A DNA stretch of 64,000 bases from Bifidobacteriaceae bacterium (GTDB lineage Bacteria; Actinomycetota; Actinomycetes; Actinomycetales; WQXJ01). The DNA lies in assembly GCA_031270825.1 (NCBI GenBank), contig JAISXH010000026.1, forward strand, positions 3,621 through 67,620, in the 5' to 3' direction. This document shows positions 19,701 through 27,404 of the stretch, piece after piece (the stretch's first letter is position 1; each line of letters opens with the position of its first letter). Under the pieces are notes generated by a model. That model was not told where the DNA came from, ran no database searches, and saw only the letters and a program-made list of their open reading frames with translations. A program made the position numbers and the translations under genes.

Positions 19701-21390
19701 CACCTCTGACCAGGTCCAGGAGATATTGCATTCGGCTGGCCGGGTCCACACGCTGCTGAAGATCGACGAGGTCTCGAACCTGGGCGCCGCCAGGATCCGC
19801 CTGCGCTCATTGGCGGCGGCGGCATTGGCCCGGGCCGACCGCAAGGCCGACGGCCCACCGGCCAACGGCGCCGTCGACGCCGGGACGGGTGGCTACGGCG
19901 CCAAACGGCGCCTGTTCACCAAGAAGATGAAAACCGAGCACACGATCATCGCCCCGCAGATGTCGCCGGTCCATTTCTCGCTGTTGGAAGCGGCCTTCCG
20001 GGGATCAGGCTACGGCGTGCGCATTCTGCCGACGGTCAGCCCGGACGACGTCGAGACAGGACTGCGCCACGTCAACAACGACTCCTGCTATCCGGCCATC
20101 ATGGTGGTGGGGCAGTTGGTCGCCGAATTCACCTCCGGGCGAGCCGAGCCGGCTGACACATCCGTGCTGATCACGCAGACCGGGGGCATGTGCCGGGCTA
20201 CCAACTACGTTGGGCTGCTGCGCAAAGCGTTGGCGGAGGCGGGATACCCGCAAGTCGCGGTGATCGCGATGTCCACCCAAGGGTTGGAGAAGAACCCCGG
20301 TTTCAAACTGTCGCTCGGTCTGATGGACCGCTGTATGCGAGCCATCGTGATCGGCGATCTGCTGGAGGCGGCTCTCCTGCGCACCCGGCCGTATGAGGCG
20401 GTGCCTGGTTCCGCCATGGCGCTGTACCGCAAGTTCGACGCCGCCGCTCGGCGGCTGCTCGGCGACCGCCGAACTGAGGCCGTCGGGCCGGCCGGAGCCG
20501 AATCATCGCCAACGCCGACTAGGACCGCCACGCCTGCCAGAGGCAGGCGTGCGCTTGGGCTAACCCGCGCGATCATCGGCTATCCCGCGCTGGTCAGGCG
20601 AATCGTCCGCGAATTCGACGCCCTGCCCGTGGTGACGGGGCAGCGGCGGCTGCGGGTCGGCATCGTCGGCGAAATCCTGGTCAAATTCCATCCCGACGCC
20701 AACAACCACGTGGTGGACGTGGTCGAATCGGAGGGCTTCGAGGCGCGGCTGCCGGGATTGATGGAGTTCGTCCTAAACGGCATGCACACGGTCGAATGGA
20801 ACTACCGGACCCTCGGCACCGGGCGCAAGACGCTGCGGCTCAAGCAATTCGTGCGCTGGCTGCTGGAACGCTACCGCGATCCGGTGCGGCGGGCGTTGGC
20901 CCGGGCCCGAACCGACTTCCCCGCCCCGGGCGACTTGACGGCCATGGCCCGCCAGGCCAGCGACATCTGCTCGCTGGGCAATCAGGCCGGCGAAGGATGG
21001 CTGCTGACGGCGGAGATTCTGGAATTGATCGAATCCGGCGTCAGATCGATCATCTGCGCCCAACCATTCGCCTGCTTGCCCAACCACGTCACCGGCAAGG
21101 GCATGTTCCGCGAGATCATGCGCCGCCATCCCGGCGTCAACATTGTCACCATCGAATACGATCCCGGCGCCAGCCCGGTCAACCAGCTCAACCGCATCAA
21201 GCTCCTGCTCGCCTCCGCCAAACTGGCTGCCCCCGGGGCCGGGGTGGGTGGTGCTGGAGTGGGCGCCACAGCGGCGCAGGCCGCTGGGGCGGGAGCCGCC
21301 GCGCGCAACGATTGGCCCTCCGACCTGCCGCCGGGACTACCCGCACAACCACGCAGCCAGGTTCCGGCTGGAGGCCTGGCCGGTTTGTAA
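16711..21390 (+). CDS. 2-hydroxyacyl-CoA dehydratase activase-related multidomain protein (two BadF/BcrA ATPase modules plus DUF2229)
   Basis: LGIDIGSTTVK, ELGGEDAK, MNGTCAGGTG, RCGVFAKTD; second GIDAGSTT, DIGGQD, NEACSSGCGS; ENICYPAK, NSFGCGLD, QPFACLPNH. Confidence 0.92.
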   Translation: MTETAVDRALAETSPQPILRLGIDIGSTTVKAVLLDGDPPPAPAQTAQTQTAHTQTAQTHTAHTQTAHAQAQATDAVNQPSPRTLFEDYRRHHADVRIELSKLIGGIVQQFPDRTAQVTVTGSGGLGVAEALGVPFAQEVIAETEAIRQLDPDADVIIELGGEDAKITYLRPVVEQRMNGTCAGGTGAFIDQMATLLGTDAAGLDALAAGYQTLYPIASRCGVFAKTDLQPLLNDGARHEDLAASIFQAVATQTIAGLACGRPVRGRVVLLGGPLFFLPQLRAAFGRALEEAGAVLSCPPKGQLAVALGAAFLSADAAPVSLEELSRRARDIHEQGPGAAGRLRPLFQDAAEQSAFEARHARTRVPRIPIEEARGACFLGIDAGSTTIKAVLIDSEGRICHTHYAPNQGSIVAAAAQIVNQARRALPGPAIIARACVTGYGEGLVRTALHVDDGEVETMAHYRAAEFLQPQVTSVIDIGGQDMKYLRIVDGAIDEIRVNEACSSGCGSFLQTFAQTLSLDVEAFCRAAVASFAPVDLGSRCTVFMNSSVKAAQKDGASVGDIAAGLSYSVIRNALYKVIKLRDSGQLGAHVVVQGGTFLSDAVLRAFELLTGLEVVRPDIAGLMGAFGAALIARSRFAPGAPSRLLAPLALRSLKVETRTETCRLCQNHCQCTISEFPDGSQHVSGNRCERAGDRNRAKSDLPNLFDFKYKRLFAYRRLTDKAATRGSIGIPRVLNMYENYPLWFTVLTKLGFRVVLSGRSNHDLFVAGMDSIASENICYPAKLVHGHIEQLVERGVKTIFYPSVSYERELAEGADNHFNCPVVTSYPQVIANNVESLRDGGVRLINPFFNLALPDKLAERLVEELADWSVTLEEAQAAVAAGYAEQAAFTAEVQAEGLAALEFMERTGVKGIVLAGRPYHVDPEIHHGIPELITSLGMAVLTEDSICQLGAVERPLRARDQWAYHSRLYQAAAAVRPRPELELVQLNSFGCGLDAITSDQVQEILHSAGRVHTLLKIDEVSNLGAARIRLRSLAAAALARADRKADGPPANGAVDAGTGGYGAKRRLFTKKMKTEHTIIAPQMSPVHFSLLEAAFRGSGYGVRILPTVSPDDVETGLRHVNNDSCYPAIMVVGQLVAEFTSGRAEPADTSVLITQTGGMCRATNYVGLLRKALAEAGYPQVAVIAMSTQGLEKNPGFKLSLGLMDRCMRAIVIGDLLEAALLRTRPYEAVPGSAMALYRKFDAAARRLLGDRRTEAVGPAGAESSPTPTRTATPARGRRALGLTRAIIGYPALVRRIVREFDALPVVTGQRRLRVGIVGEILVKFHPDANNHVVDVVESEGFEARLPGLMEFVLNGMHTVEWNYRTLGTGRKTLRLKQFVRWLLERYRDPVRRALARARTDFPAPGDLTAMARQASDICSLGNQAGEGWLLTAEILELIESGVRSIICAQPFACLPNHVTGKGMFREIMRRHPGVNIVTIEYDPGASPVNQLNRIKLLLASAKLAAPGAGVGGAGVGATAAQAAGAGAAARNDWPSDLPPGLPAQPRSQVPAGGLAGL
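16832..16930 (+). repeat. In-frame 15 bp tandem repeat (TQTAH/TQTAQ)
   Basis: AQTAQTQTAHTQTAQTHTAHTQTAHAQAQA inserted after the first ATPase strand. Confidence 0.85.
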
Positions 21391-21530
21391 ACCAACCCCG
21401 GCCGTGGCCGGCGACTGCGGGTATCGCAGCGGCCGCGGGCCTGGCTGATTCGTAGACCAACCCTGACGGTGGCCGGCGCCGGCGGGGATCGCGGCGGCTG
21501 CGGGCCTGGCTGGTGTGTGGACTAACCCCG
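21373..21530 (+). repeat. 65 bp tandem repeat (~2.4 copies) spanning the activase stop codon
   Basis: ggcctggc..gta(a/g)accaaccc units start at 21373, 21438 and 21503. Confidence 0.85.
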
Positions 21531-21719
21531 ACTGGTCAGAAGCCTCGGGCGCCAAGCCCACCTGGGCGCGTATCGGCTTCGCGCCCAGCGCCAAGAGTTG
21601 TAAGCCAATCGGTCCCGGCGGTGTTGAGACGGCGTCAGGCGAGTCGAACGTCCCCCGCCGCAGACCGGCAGGATGACTAGCGTGAATAGCATCCTGTTCC
21701 AACCACGAGGAGGCAAATA

Positions 21720-22730
21720 ATGTCCAATCCGCCAACCAAGGTTGTCCTATACGGCAGCGGCCTGATGGGCGCCATCATCATCCGCTACCTGCTCGAAAAA
21801 GGATTCGAGTTGATCGGGGTGATCGACTCCAACCCCAAGCTGATCGGCCAGGACGCAGGGCGCGTCGCGGGCCTCGACCGCGACCTTGGCGTCATCGTCT
21901 CCAATGACGCCGAAGAAGTCCTCTCCCGTGGCGCCGACATCGCCGTGCTGACCCTGCTGAGCCTGATGAGCGACATGGAACCGTTCTTCGCGGCCTGCGC
22001 CCGCCATGGCGTCAACGCCATCTCCACCTGCGAAGAAGCCTTCTACCCTCGCACCACCTCGCCTGAGATCACGGCCCGGCTCGATCGCCTGGCCAAAGAG
22101 CATGGCGTCACTCTGACCGGTTCCGGCTACCAGGATGTCTATTGGGGCAATCTGGCCACGGTGATCGCCGGCTCGACCCAGCGGATCACGGCCATGGAAG
22201 GTTTCAGCTCCTACAACGTGGACGATTACGGGATCGCCCTGGCCCAAGTCCACGGCGTGGGCTTGACCGCCGAGGAGTTCCTGCGCGACATCGCCGACGC
22301 CAACGTGCCGTCTTTCGCCATGAACGTGCCTGGCTGGATCGCATCGCAAATGGGCTTGGAGATGACCGACATCACTCAGGAGCTGATGCCCGAATTCGTG
22401 ACCGCGCCGCTCGAGTCGTCAACCCTGGGCCGGACCATACTGCCCGGCCAGGCCGCTGGCATGACCGCCCAGGCCACCGCCCACACCCGCCAGGGGATCG
22501 ACATCATCATGAAGGTCCAGGGCAAGGTCTACCGTCCCGAGGAGGTCGACAACAACGACTGGGTCATCCGCGGCGAGCCGACCACCCGCGTCAAGATCGC
22601 CGAACCGGCCACGGTCGAGCTCACCTGCGCCACGATCGTCAACCGCATCCCCCAAGTGATCGCCGCCGAGCCCGGCTTCACCACCCTCGAGAAGCTGCGC
22701 CCGGCGCCCTACCTGCTCCCCGTGAACTAG
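21720..22730 (+). CDS. NAD(P)H-dependent amine dehydrogenase / 2,4-diaminopentanoate dehydrogenase-like (DapB_N family)
   Basis: VVLYGSGLMG Rossmann motif, GVNAISTCEE, GVTLTGSG, ATIVNRIPQVIAAEPG; GAGGAGG RBS. Confidence 0.8.
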   Translation: MSNPPTKVVLYGSGLMGAIIIRYLLEKGFELIGVIDSNPKLIGQDAGRVAGLDRDLGVIVSNDAEEVLSRGADIAVLTLLSLMSDMEPFFAACARHGVNAISTCEEAFYPRTTSPEITARLDRLAKEHGVTLTGSGYQDVYWGNLATVIAGSTQRITAMEGFSSYNVDDYGIALAQVHGVGLTAEEFLRDIADANVPSFAMNVPGWIASQMGLEMTDITQELMPEFVTAPLESSTLGRTILPGQAAGMTAQATAHTRQGIDIIMKVQGKVYRPEEVDNNDWVIRGEPTTRVKIAEPATVELTCATIVNRIPQVIAAEPGFTTLEKLRPAPYLLPVN

Positions 22731-22734
22731 CGAC

Positions 22735-23405
22735 CCCCGTTCGGCCAGGCCGGCCGGACTGATCGATACCCGATCCCGTTTGGCCAGGCCGGGCTCTCGG
22801 CGCCCAGTGCCGTTGAGCCGGTTACCCGGACCAGCCGCATCGCAGCCCGATGCCGTTTGGGCTGCCCGGGCCGTCGACGCCCGGTGCCGTCGGGCCGGGC
22901 CTGACTTGGGTCACCCTGTCTGGATTCTTGCGACCGAATGGCTCTGATCTGGTCCGATGGTTGGCTTTAGCGCCGCCGCCAGGGGCTAAACAGGGCCGGC
23001 CCTGAGGCGCCAAGCGGGTTGACCCAACTCGGCCCCTATGCCGTCGGGCCGGGCCGGACGGTCAGCGCCCAGTGCCATTTGGCCTGGCCGAACGAACATG
23101 CCGGCGCCTCGTCTTTTCGCTTTTTGGGGGCGCGTTTTGAGGGTGTGGCCTGGGGTTTTGTTGGGGTTTTTGCGGTTGTTTCAGGTAGCCAAACGCTTGG
23201 CGGCCCAGGCGAGGTCGCGCCGCCAGGCGCGGAGCTGCTCGATGGTGGCCCATTCCCGGTCGGATGAGACGCCGAGCGCTTGGTCGATCCGGTCCCAGGT
23301 GTCGGGCCGGTCGAGGAGGTAGACGCCGGGCCCGGCCGGGCTATCCGGACGCACAGGCATACGCCCGATGCCGTTGGTCCGGTTGGCCAGGCCGGCCGGG
23401 TCGGC
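22735..23405. repeat. Degenerate GC-rich ~34 bp-period repeat field, interrupted by an IS remnant
   Basis: CCC(g/a)(a/g)TGCCGTY(t/g)GGCC(a/g)GGCC-like units at 22769, 22803, 22846, 22880, 23034, 23068 and 23364. Confidence 0.6.
23107..23333 (-). mobile_element. Transposase 3' end plus IS right end (IS1634-like) remnant
   Basis: Minus-strand GPGVYLLDRPDTWDRIDQALGVSSDREWATIEQLRAWRRDLAWAAKRLAT* (stop 23181), then an A/C-rich tail ending GCGAAAAGACGAGG; family assignment recalled from transposase C-termini. Confidence 0.45.
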
Positions 23406-23413
23406 GCTCTCGG

Positions 23414-24688
23414 CTACGGGCCGAGCAGCGCGGCCGGGATCACGGCTATGCCGTCATTGCGGCGGTAGGCCTGGGAGCCGCTGGTGATGACGGCGCCGTC
23501 GGCGAAACTGTCGCCCAGGCGGTCGCGGAGCCACAACAGCTGTTTGACGTCATTGGCGACCGGGGTGGCCGTGAGCTTCACGTCCAGAGCCACCACCGCC
23601 CCGGTCGGGCTCTCCACCACCAAGTCCACCTCGTGCTGGCCGCCATGGGTGCGCAGGTGTCGCACCTCGGCGTCGTTGGCTTGGGCATAGGTCTTGACGC
23701 TCATCGCCACCACATGCTCGAACAGGGAGCCCAACAGGTTGCCGTCGCGCAGGTGGGAACGCGTGCCCTGGCTGCCGCGCAGCAAGGCGGCGGCGTCGAC
23801 TTTGAGCAGGCGTGCGGCTAAGGCCGGATCGGCCAGGTAGTGCTTCGGCGCCCAGGTCAGACGCTCGATCCGGGACTCGGTCGGCGACCAGGCCTCGACC
23901 GGGTCGAGTAGCCACAGTCGGCTCAGCACTTGCCGATAGGCGATCGCGGCCGGTTTGGACGGCTTGTCGCTCACTCCCGGCATGGCCGCGTCCAGAATGC
24001 GGTTGTAGCTGGTGGTGTTGGCCGTGGCGGCGGCATATGCCGCCATCCATTGCATCAACGCCGTCGGCTTGCGCACCGGATAGCCCTGCTCCGGGAACTC
24101 ACGGCGAACCACGTTTCCGATGTAGGAGTCGAGCAGGCGCCCGCGAATGCGTTCTGGCTGGGGCCTGATCGCCGGAAAGCCTGATGCCGTGATCTCGTCG
24201 ACGTAATCCGCCAGCTTGAGCTTGGTGCGCCCGCTGGCCCTGGCTTCGCCCCGAAGCATCGCTCCGAGCGAGACGGTTGTCGGGCCTAGCCCACGTTCGG
24301 CCAAGGCCAGCGGGCGCATCATGAAGCTGACGATCCGCCCCGCCCCTGAGTGGACCTGCGTTCCACGCGGCGGCGAGGCGCTGCCGGCAATGATGTAGTG
24401 GCCTTCCGCCACGCCAGCGTCGACCGATCGGCGGACCCGGTCCCACACCTCCGGTTGGCGCTGCCATTCATCGATCAACAGCGGCGGCGTCTCGGTTTCA
24501 ATAGCGTCTGGATCGGCCTGGAAGAGTTCGCGGTCCCGCACCTGGTCAAGGCTGAGCACGCTGGCGGACCGTTGCAGCGCCGTCGCGGTCTTGCCCACCC
24601 CCTTGGCGCCAAAGATGTGAGTGGCCGCCAAACGGGGCTGGAACTCGTCCAGCTCGTCGTCAATCACTCGTCGTTGATAATCCCGCAC
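23414..24688 (-). CDS. AAA_14 ATPase with DUF4143 C-terminal domain
   Basis: GAKGVGKT, LLIDEWQ, HSGAGRI, PKHYLADPALA, GSLFE, EVDLVVE..LDVK; TAAAGT -10 box 6 nt upstream. Confidence 0.9.
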   Translation of the reverse strand: MRDYQRRVIDDELDEFQPRLAATHIFGAKGVGKTATALQRSASVLSLDQVRDRELFQADPDAIETETPPLLIDEWQRQPEVWDRVRRSVDAGVAEGHYIIAGSASPPRGTQVHSGAGRIVSFMMRPLALAERGLGPTTVSLGAMLRGEARASGRTKLKLADYVDEITASGFPAIRPQPERIRGRLLDSYIGNVVRREFPEQGYPVRKPTALMQWMAAYAAATANTTSYNRILDAAMPGVSDKPSKPAAIAYRQVLSRLWLLDPVEAWSPTESRIERLTWAPKHYLADPALAARLLKVDAAALLRGSQGTRSHLRDGNLLGSLFEHVVAMSVKTYAQANDAEVRHLRTHGGQHEVDLVVESPTGAVVALDVKLTATPVANDVKQLLWLRDRLGDSFADGAVITSGSQAYRRNDGIAVIPAALLGP

Positions 24689-24846
24689 CCCACTACTTTA
24701 CCGTTTCGCAGAGTGAAACATGACCATTCCGCAGGCCCCTACTTGACTGTTACGTAAAGCTTTGGCAAGCGCAGGACCCATCCAGATGCCACGACCGGCC
24801 GACCTCGCGACCAGATCCCCCTCAGTCCCGCCGCCTCATGATGTAG

Positions 24847-24996
24847 GACCACGCAAGGGGACGGTGATTGTGCTTACTCGCCCCCGACCACGCAAGGGGA
24901 CGCCTGGTCCGCAGGATCACCGTCCCCCTGCGGAATCAACACAATCACCGTCCCCTTGCGTATGCGGAATCAACACAATCACCGTCCCCTTGCGTA
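24847..24996. repeat. REP/BIME-like array of (GCGGAATCA)RCACAATCACCGTCCCCTTGCG in both orientations
   Basis: Inverted copies at 24852 and 24891; direct copies at ~24916, 24930 and 24964; same motif recurs at 53643-53730. Confidence 0.85.
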
Positions 24997-25029
24997 ATTT
25001 GGCTGGGTGGGTCGGGCGATCGGGGGCGA

Positions 25030-25105
25030 TGGAGCCACCTATCGGACTCGAACCGATGACCGTCCGCTTACAAGGCGGGAGCTCTACCAACTGAGCTAAG
25101 GTGGC
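25030..25105 (-). tRNA. tRNA-Thr(TGT)
   Basis: GCCACCTTAGCTCAGTTGGTAGAGC..CCGCC-T-TGT-AA-GCGG..GGTTCGAGTCC..GGTGGCTCCA; 76 nt with encoded CCA. Confidence 0.97.
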
Positions 25106-25388
25106 GCAAACCTGATACCCGAGGTACCGCAAACCCACTCACGCGAGGCCATGCGCAACTGCGCGCCTATCAGCCTAGCCGACGTGGGCCGCAAGATGGC
25201 TTCCCCCCGGCAGGTTGGCGGAGCAGCCGAACCGGTGCGGTTCCACGCAACAAGGGTTTCTTGGCGCTGGTGCGCGGCCAGCCAGACAACGGGCTTTAGC
25301 CTGGTTGACGGCGGGCCCCGACGACCGTCCCGTTCAAACGCTGGCGGGACCTCTTACAGAAGGACCCGCCAGCGGCGCAGACAGCATC

Positions 25389-25580
25389 TCAATCGTGGGA
25401 GCGATCTCGGCGCGGCCTGCCCGCCAGGTGGCCAACGACGACGACCACTGCGACAGAGCCAAGCGCTACCAGGGACATAGTCGCGAATGACAACCAGGAC
25501 CAGCCCTCCAGGGCGGCGGACGCTGCAGGCACGGTGATCGCAACGATCACTCCTGCCGTTAGTCCCCTACGCCAGTTCAT
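25389..25580 (-). CDS. Small two-TM membrane protein (putative immunity protein)
   Basis: 63 aa MNWRRGLTAGVIVAITVPAASAALEGWSWLSFATMSLVALGSVAVVVVVGHLAGRPRR; starts 2 nt after the upstream stop. Confidence 0.6.
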   Translation of the reverse strand: MNWRRGLTAGVIVAITVPAASAALEGWSWLSFATMSLVALGSVAVVVVVGHLAGRPRRDRSHD

Positions 25581-25582
25581 TC

Positions 25583-26125
25583 TCAGCGCTTGACGCACTT
25601 GTAGCCCGTGGGCAAGGGCGGCCAGTAGTGGATCTCGAGTTCCGGCTTGTTCCCGACGCAGATGCCGCCCCTGTCGATGATCCAGGTCGCCGCGGCTACT
25701 AGTACCCCCGTGATAGCGGCGCACGCCACCTGGCCGACCCCCGGCACGGCACAGATCAGGACCGCCAGGGCCGCCGCCTCGCCGGCCACAAGGGCCTTTT
25801 GGTCCCGTGCGTTCAAATAGATGTAGAGGCCAACGGCGAAACCCACGTCGATGAGCGGTGTGACTTCTCCGGTGCCGGGCTTGGACGGTGGAACCGCGAC
25901 AACGCTGCCCGTCGGCAAGGTGTGGACAGTCCAGCCCTCAGGCAGACCGGCCGTCGACTTGACGACGGTGGCCGGCGTGCCGGGTGTTGCAGCGGCTGTC
26001 AACGTCAGCGTATCGACTCGCTCGACGGCTTCCGCTGTCCGCGCCGGCGCAACGCCGATCAGGCCTCCGAGTGCCAGGCTGAGCGCCGCGATCAGACCGG
26101 CAGTAAGTGCTGCCAGTTTCTTCAT
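25583..26125 (-). CDS. Secreted precursor with a hydrophobic four-Cys C-terminal domain (bacteriocin-like)
   Basis: AAAGGAGGAG RBS; MKKLAALTAGLIAALSLALGG..AEA signal; Pro/Thr/Gly-rich middle; C-terminal hydrophobic hairpin ICAVPGVGQVAC plus GGIC and YKC. Confidence 0.7.
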   Translation of the reverse strand: MKKLAALTAGLIAALSLALGGLIGVAPARTAEAVERVDTLTLTAAATPGTPATVVKSTAGLPEGWTVHTLPTGSVVAVPPSKPGTGEVTPLIDVGFAVGLYIYLNARDQKALVAGEAAALAVLICAVPGVGQVACAAITGVLVAAATWIIDRGGICVGNKPELEIHYWPPLPTGYKCVKR

Positions 26126-26357
26126 GTTCTCCTCCTTTGTGGGATGGGCGGACGTTCTCTTCCTTGCGAACACCCGGGGGAGGTGTTAAGAATCAACCCA
26201 ACACAGAGTAAAAACTATGTCAAATCGAGCTGCCAAGCCACTGATGCCCGGCTCCCACCGTCTCAACGGGGGCAGCGACCAGGCGGCCACCCTGCGTTGT
26301 CTCTGGGCGCGCAGGGGCCAGGCCAGGTCTACGAACTCAAGACCAGCCTCCCCCAGA

Positions 26358-27314
26358 TTACTCGGCGGCGTCCGGCTTGTTGCCCGCGCGGACGTTGGCG
26401 ATCGCCGCGTCGAGATCACCCGGCACATAGGCTTGCTCGCCCGCCTCGTTAGTGCCCTGAAGAAGCCAGGCGTTCCAGACTTCGGGCTCGGAACCGGCGA
26501 AGTACATCAGCACTGTCGGGGTCCCGCCGGCCCCGGCCAAGCCCTGGTCTGATGACCAACGCGCCCATTCGGCGGCCGGGGAATCGCTCAACTGGTCAAT
26601 CGTGGCCTGGCTGACCCCGACCTCCTTGGCCAAGTCCGCGATCTGCTGGTCTGTCAACTCGTCGCCGTCTTGGGATTCCTCCGGCTGGTTCTCCCACAAC
26701 ACCTCGTGGAAGGCCCAGAACTTGTCTGGCTCCAGGGCCGCCACCGTGTCCACGGCCAGCATGGACCGCCATGAATAGTTGTCGTTCAAGTCCGTCAAGA
26801 GGGAATTGTTGACCGGATGAATGACCAATCGGATTTCGCCCGCCTGGGCCTTAGCCGCCAGCGCTTGGCCATGTGCTTGTTCCAACAACCCACACCACGG
26901 GCAAACGAAGTCGGAGATGATCTCCACTGTCACGGCCTCGTCGGCCGCCGGTGCTGGTCCGCCCGGCACCAGATCCTGTCCAACCAAGATTCCGCCGGTC
27001 CCCTGGGCGCCGGGCGGCTGGACCGATTCGGCGCCGCCTTCAGTGGCCTTCCCGGTGGCACCGGTCGATCCGGTGGTGGCCCCAGTCGAGCCGGTGGCGG
27101 CGCCGGTCGGACCCGGAGGAGTCGGCGAAGGCCGGCTCAGAATCAGAGCCACCGCCACCACCACGACCACCACCACCAGGAGCGCCCCACCGATGATGAT
27201 GGCCCGCTGACGGCTTCGCCGTGCCCGCTCGCGCACTGCCTCCTCGATCGACAGGCCCTTCTGGCCGGGGTTGGTCGAGCGTCCGCTTGAGCCTGTAGGC
27301 CTCTTGTCGCTCAT
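26358..27314 (-). CDS. Membrane-anchored DsbA/MdbA-family thiol-disulfide oxidoreductase
   Basis: N-terminal TM helix, SDFVCPWC, FHEVLWENQP, GGTP cis-Pro loop. Confidence 0.88.
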   Translation of the reverse strand: MSDKRPTGSSGRSTNPGQKGLSIEEAVRERARRSRQRAIIIGGALLVVVVVVVAVALILSRPSPTPPGPTGAATGSTGATTGSTGATGKATEGGAESVQPPGAQGTGGILVGQDLVPGGPAPAADEAVTVEIISDFVCPWCGLLEQAHGQALAAKAQAGEIRLVIHPVNNSLLTDLNDNYSWRSMLAVDTVAALEPDKFWAFHEVLWENQPEESQDGDELTDQQIADLAKEVGVSQATIDQLSDSPAAEWARWSSDQGLAGAGGTPTVLMYFAGSEPEVWNAWLLQGTNEAGEQAYVPGDLDAAIANVRAGNKPDAAE

Positions 27315-27404
27315 GATCGCGCCTCTCCATCCGTTGGTCTTGACAGCCGTTGGTTCCGGCCGGCTCTGCCTGGCCCGGGCGCCTCGTCTAGGCGCCGGTC
27401 GGGG

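Noticed and set aside
22735-23100. Possible degenerate CRISPR array
   Set aside because: Units are too degenerate, the ~34 bp period leaves no room for spacers, and there is no leader or cas gene
23414-24688. AAA-DUF4143 as part of a multi-gene defence system
   Set aside because: A stand-alone member of a very common family with no partner gene; the nuclease-like motif is LDVK rather than ExK
24847-24996. Possible mini-CRISPR (31 bp direct repeats)
   Set aside because: Only 3 nt lie between the direct copies, orientations are mixed and no cas genes are present; better explained as REP-like
25030-25105. Prophage or ICE integrated at tRNA-Thr or tRNA-Gly
   Set aside because: No integrase, and I found no duplicated tRNA 3' end (att repeat) in the window
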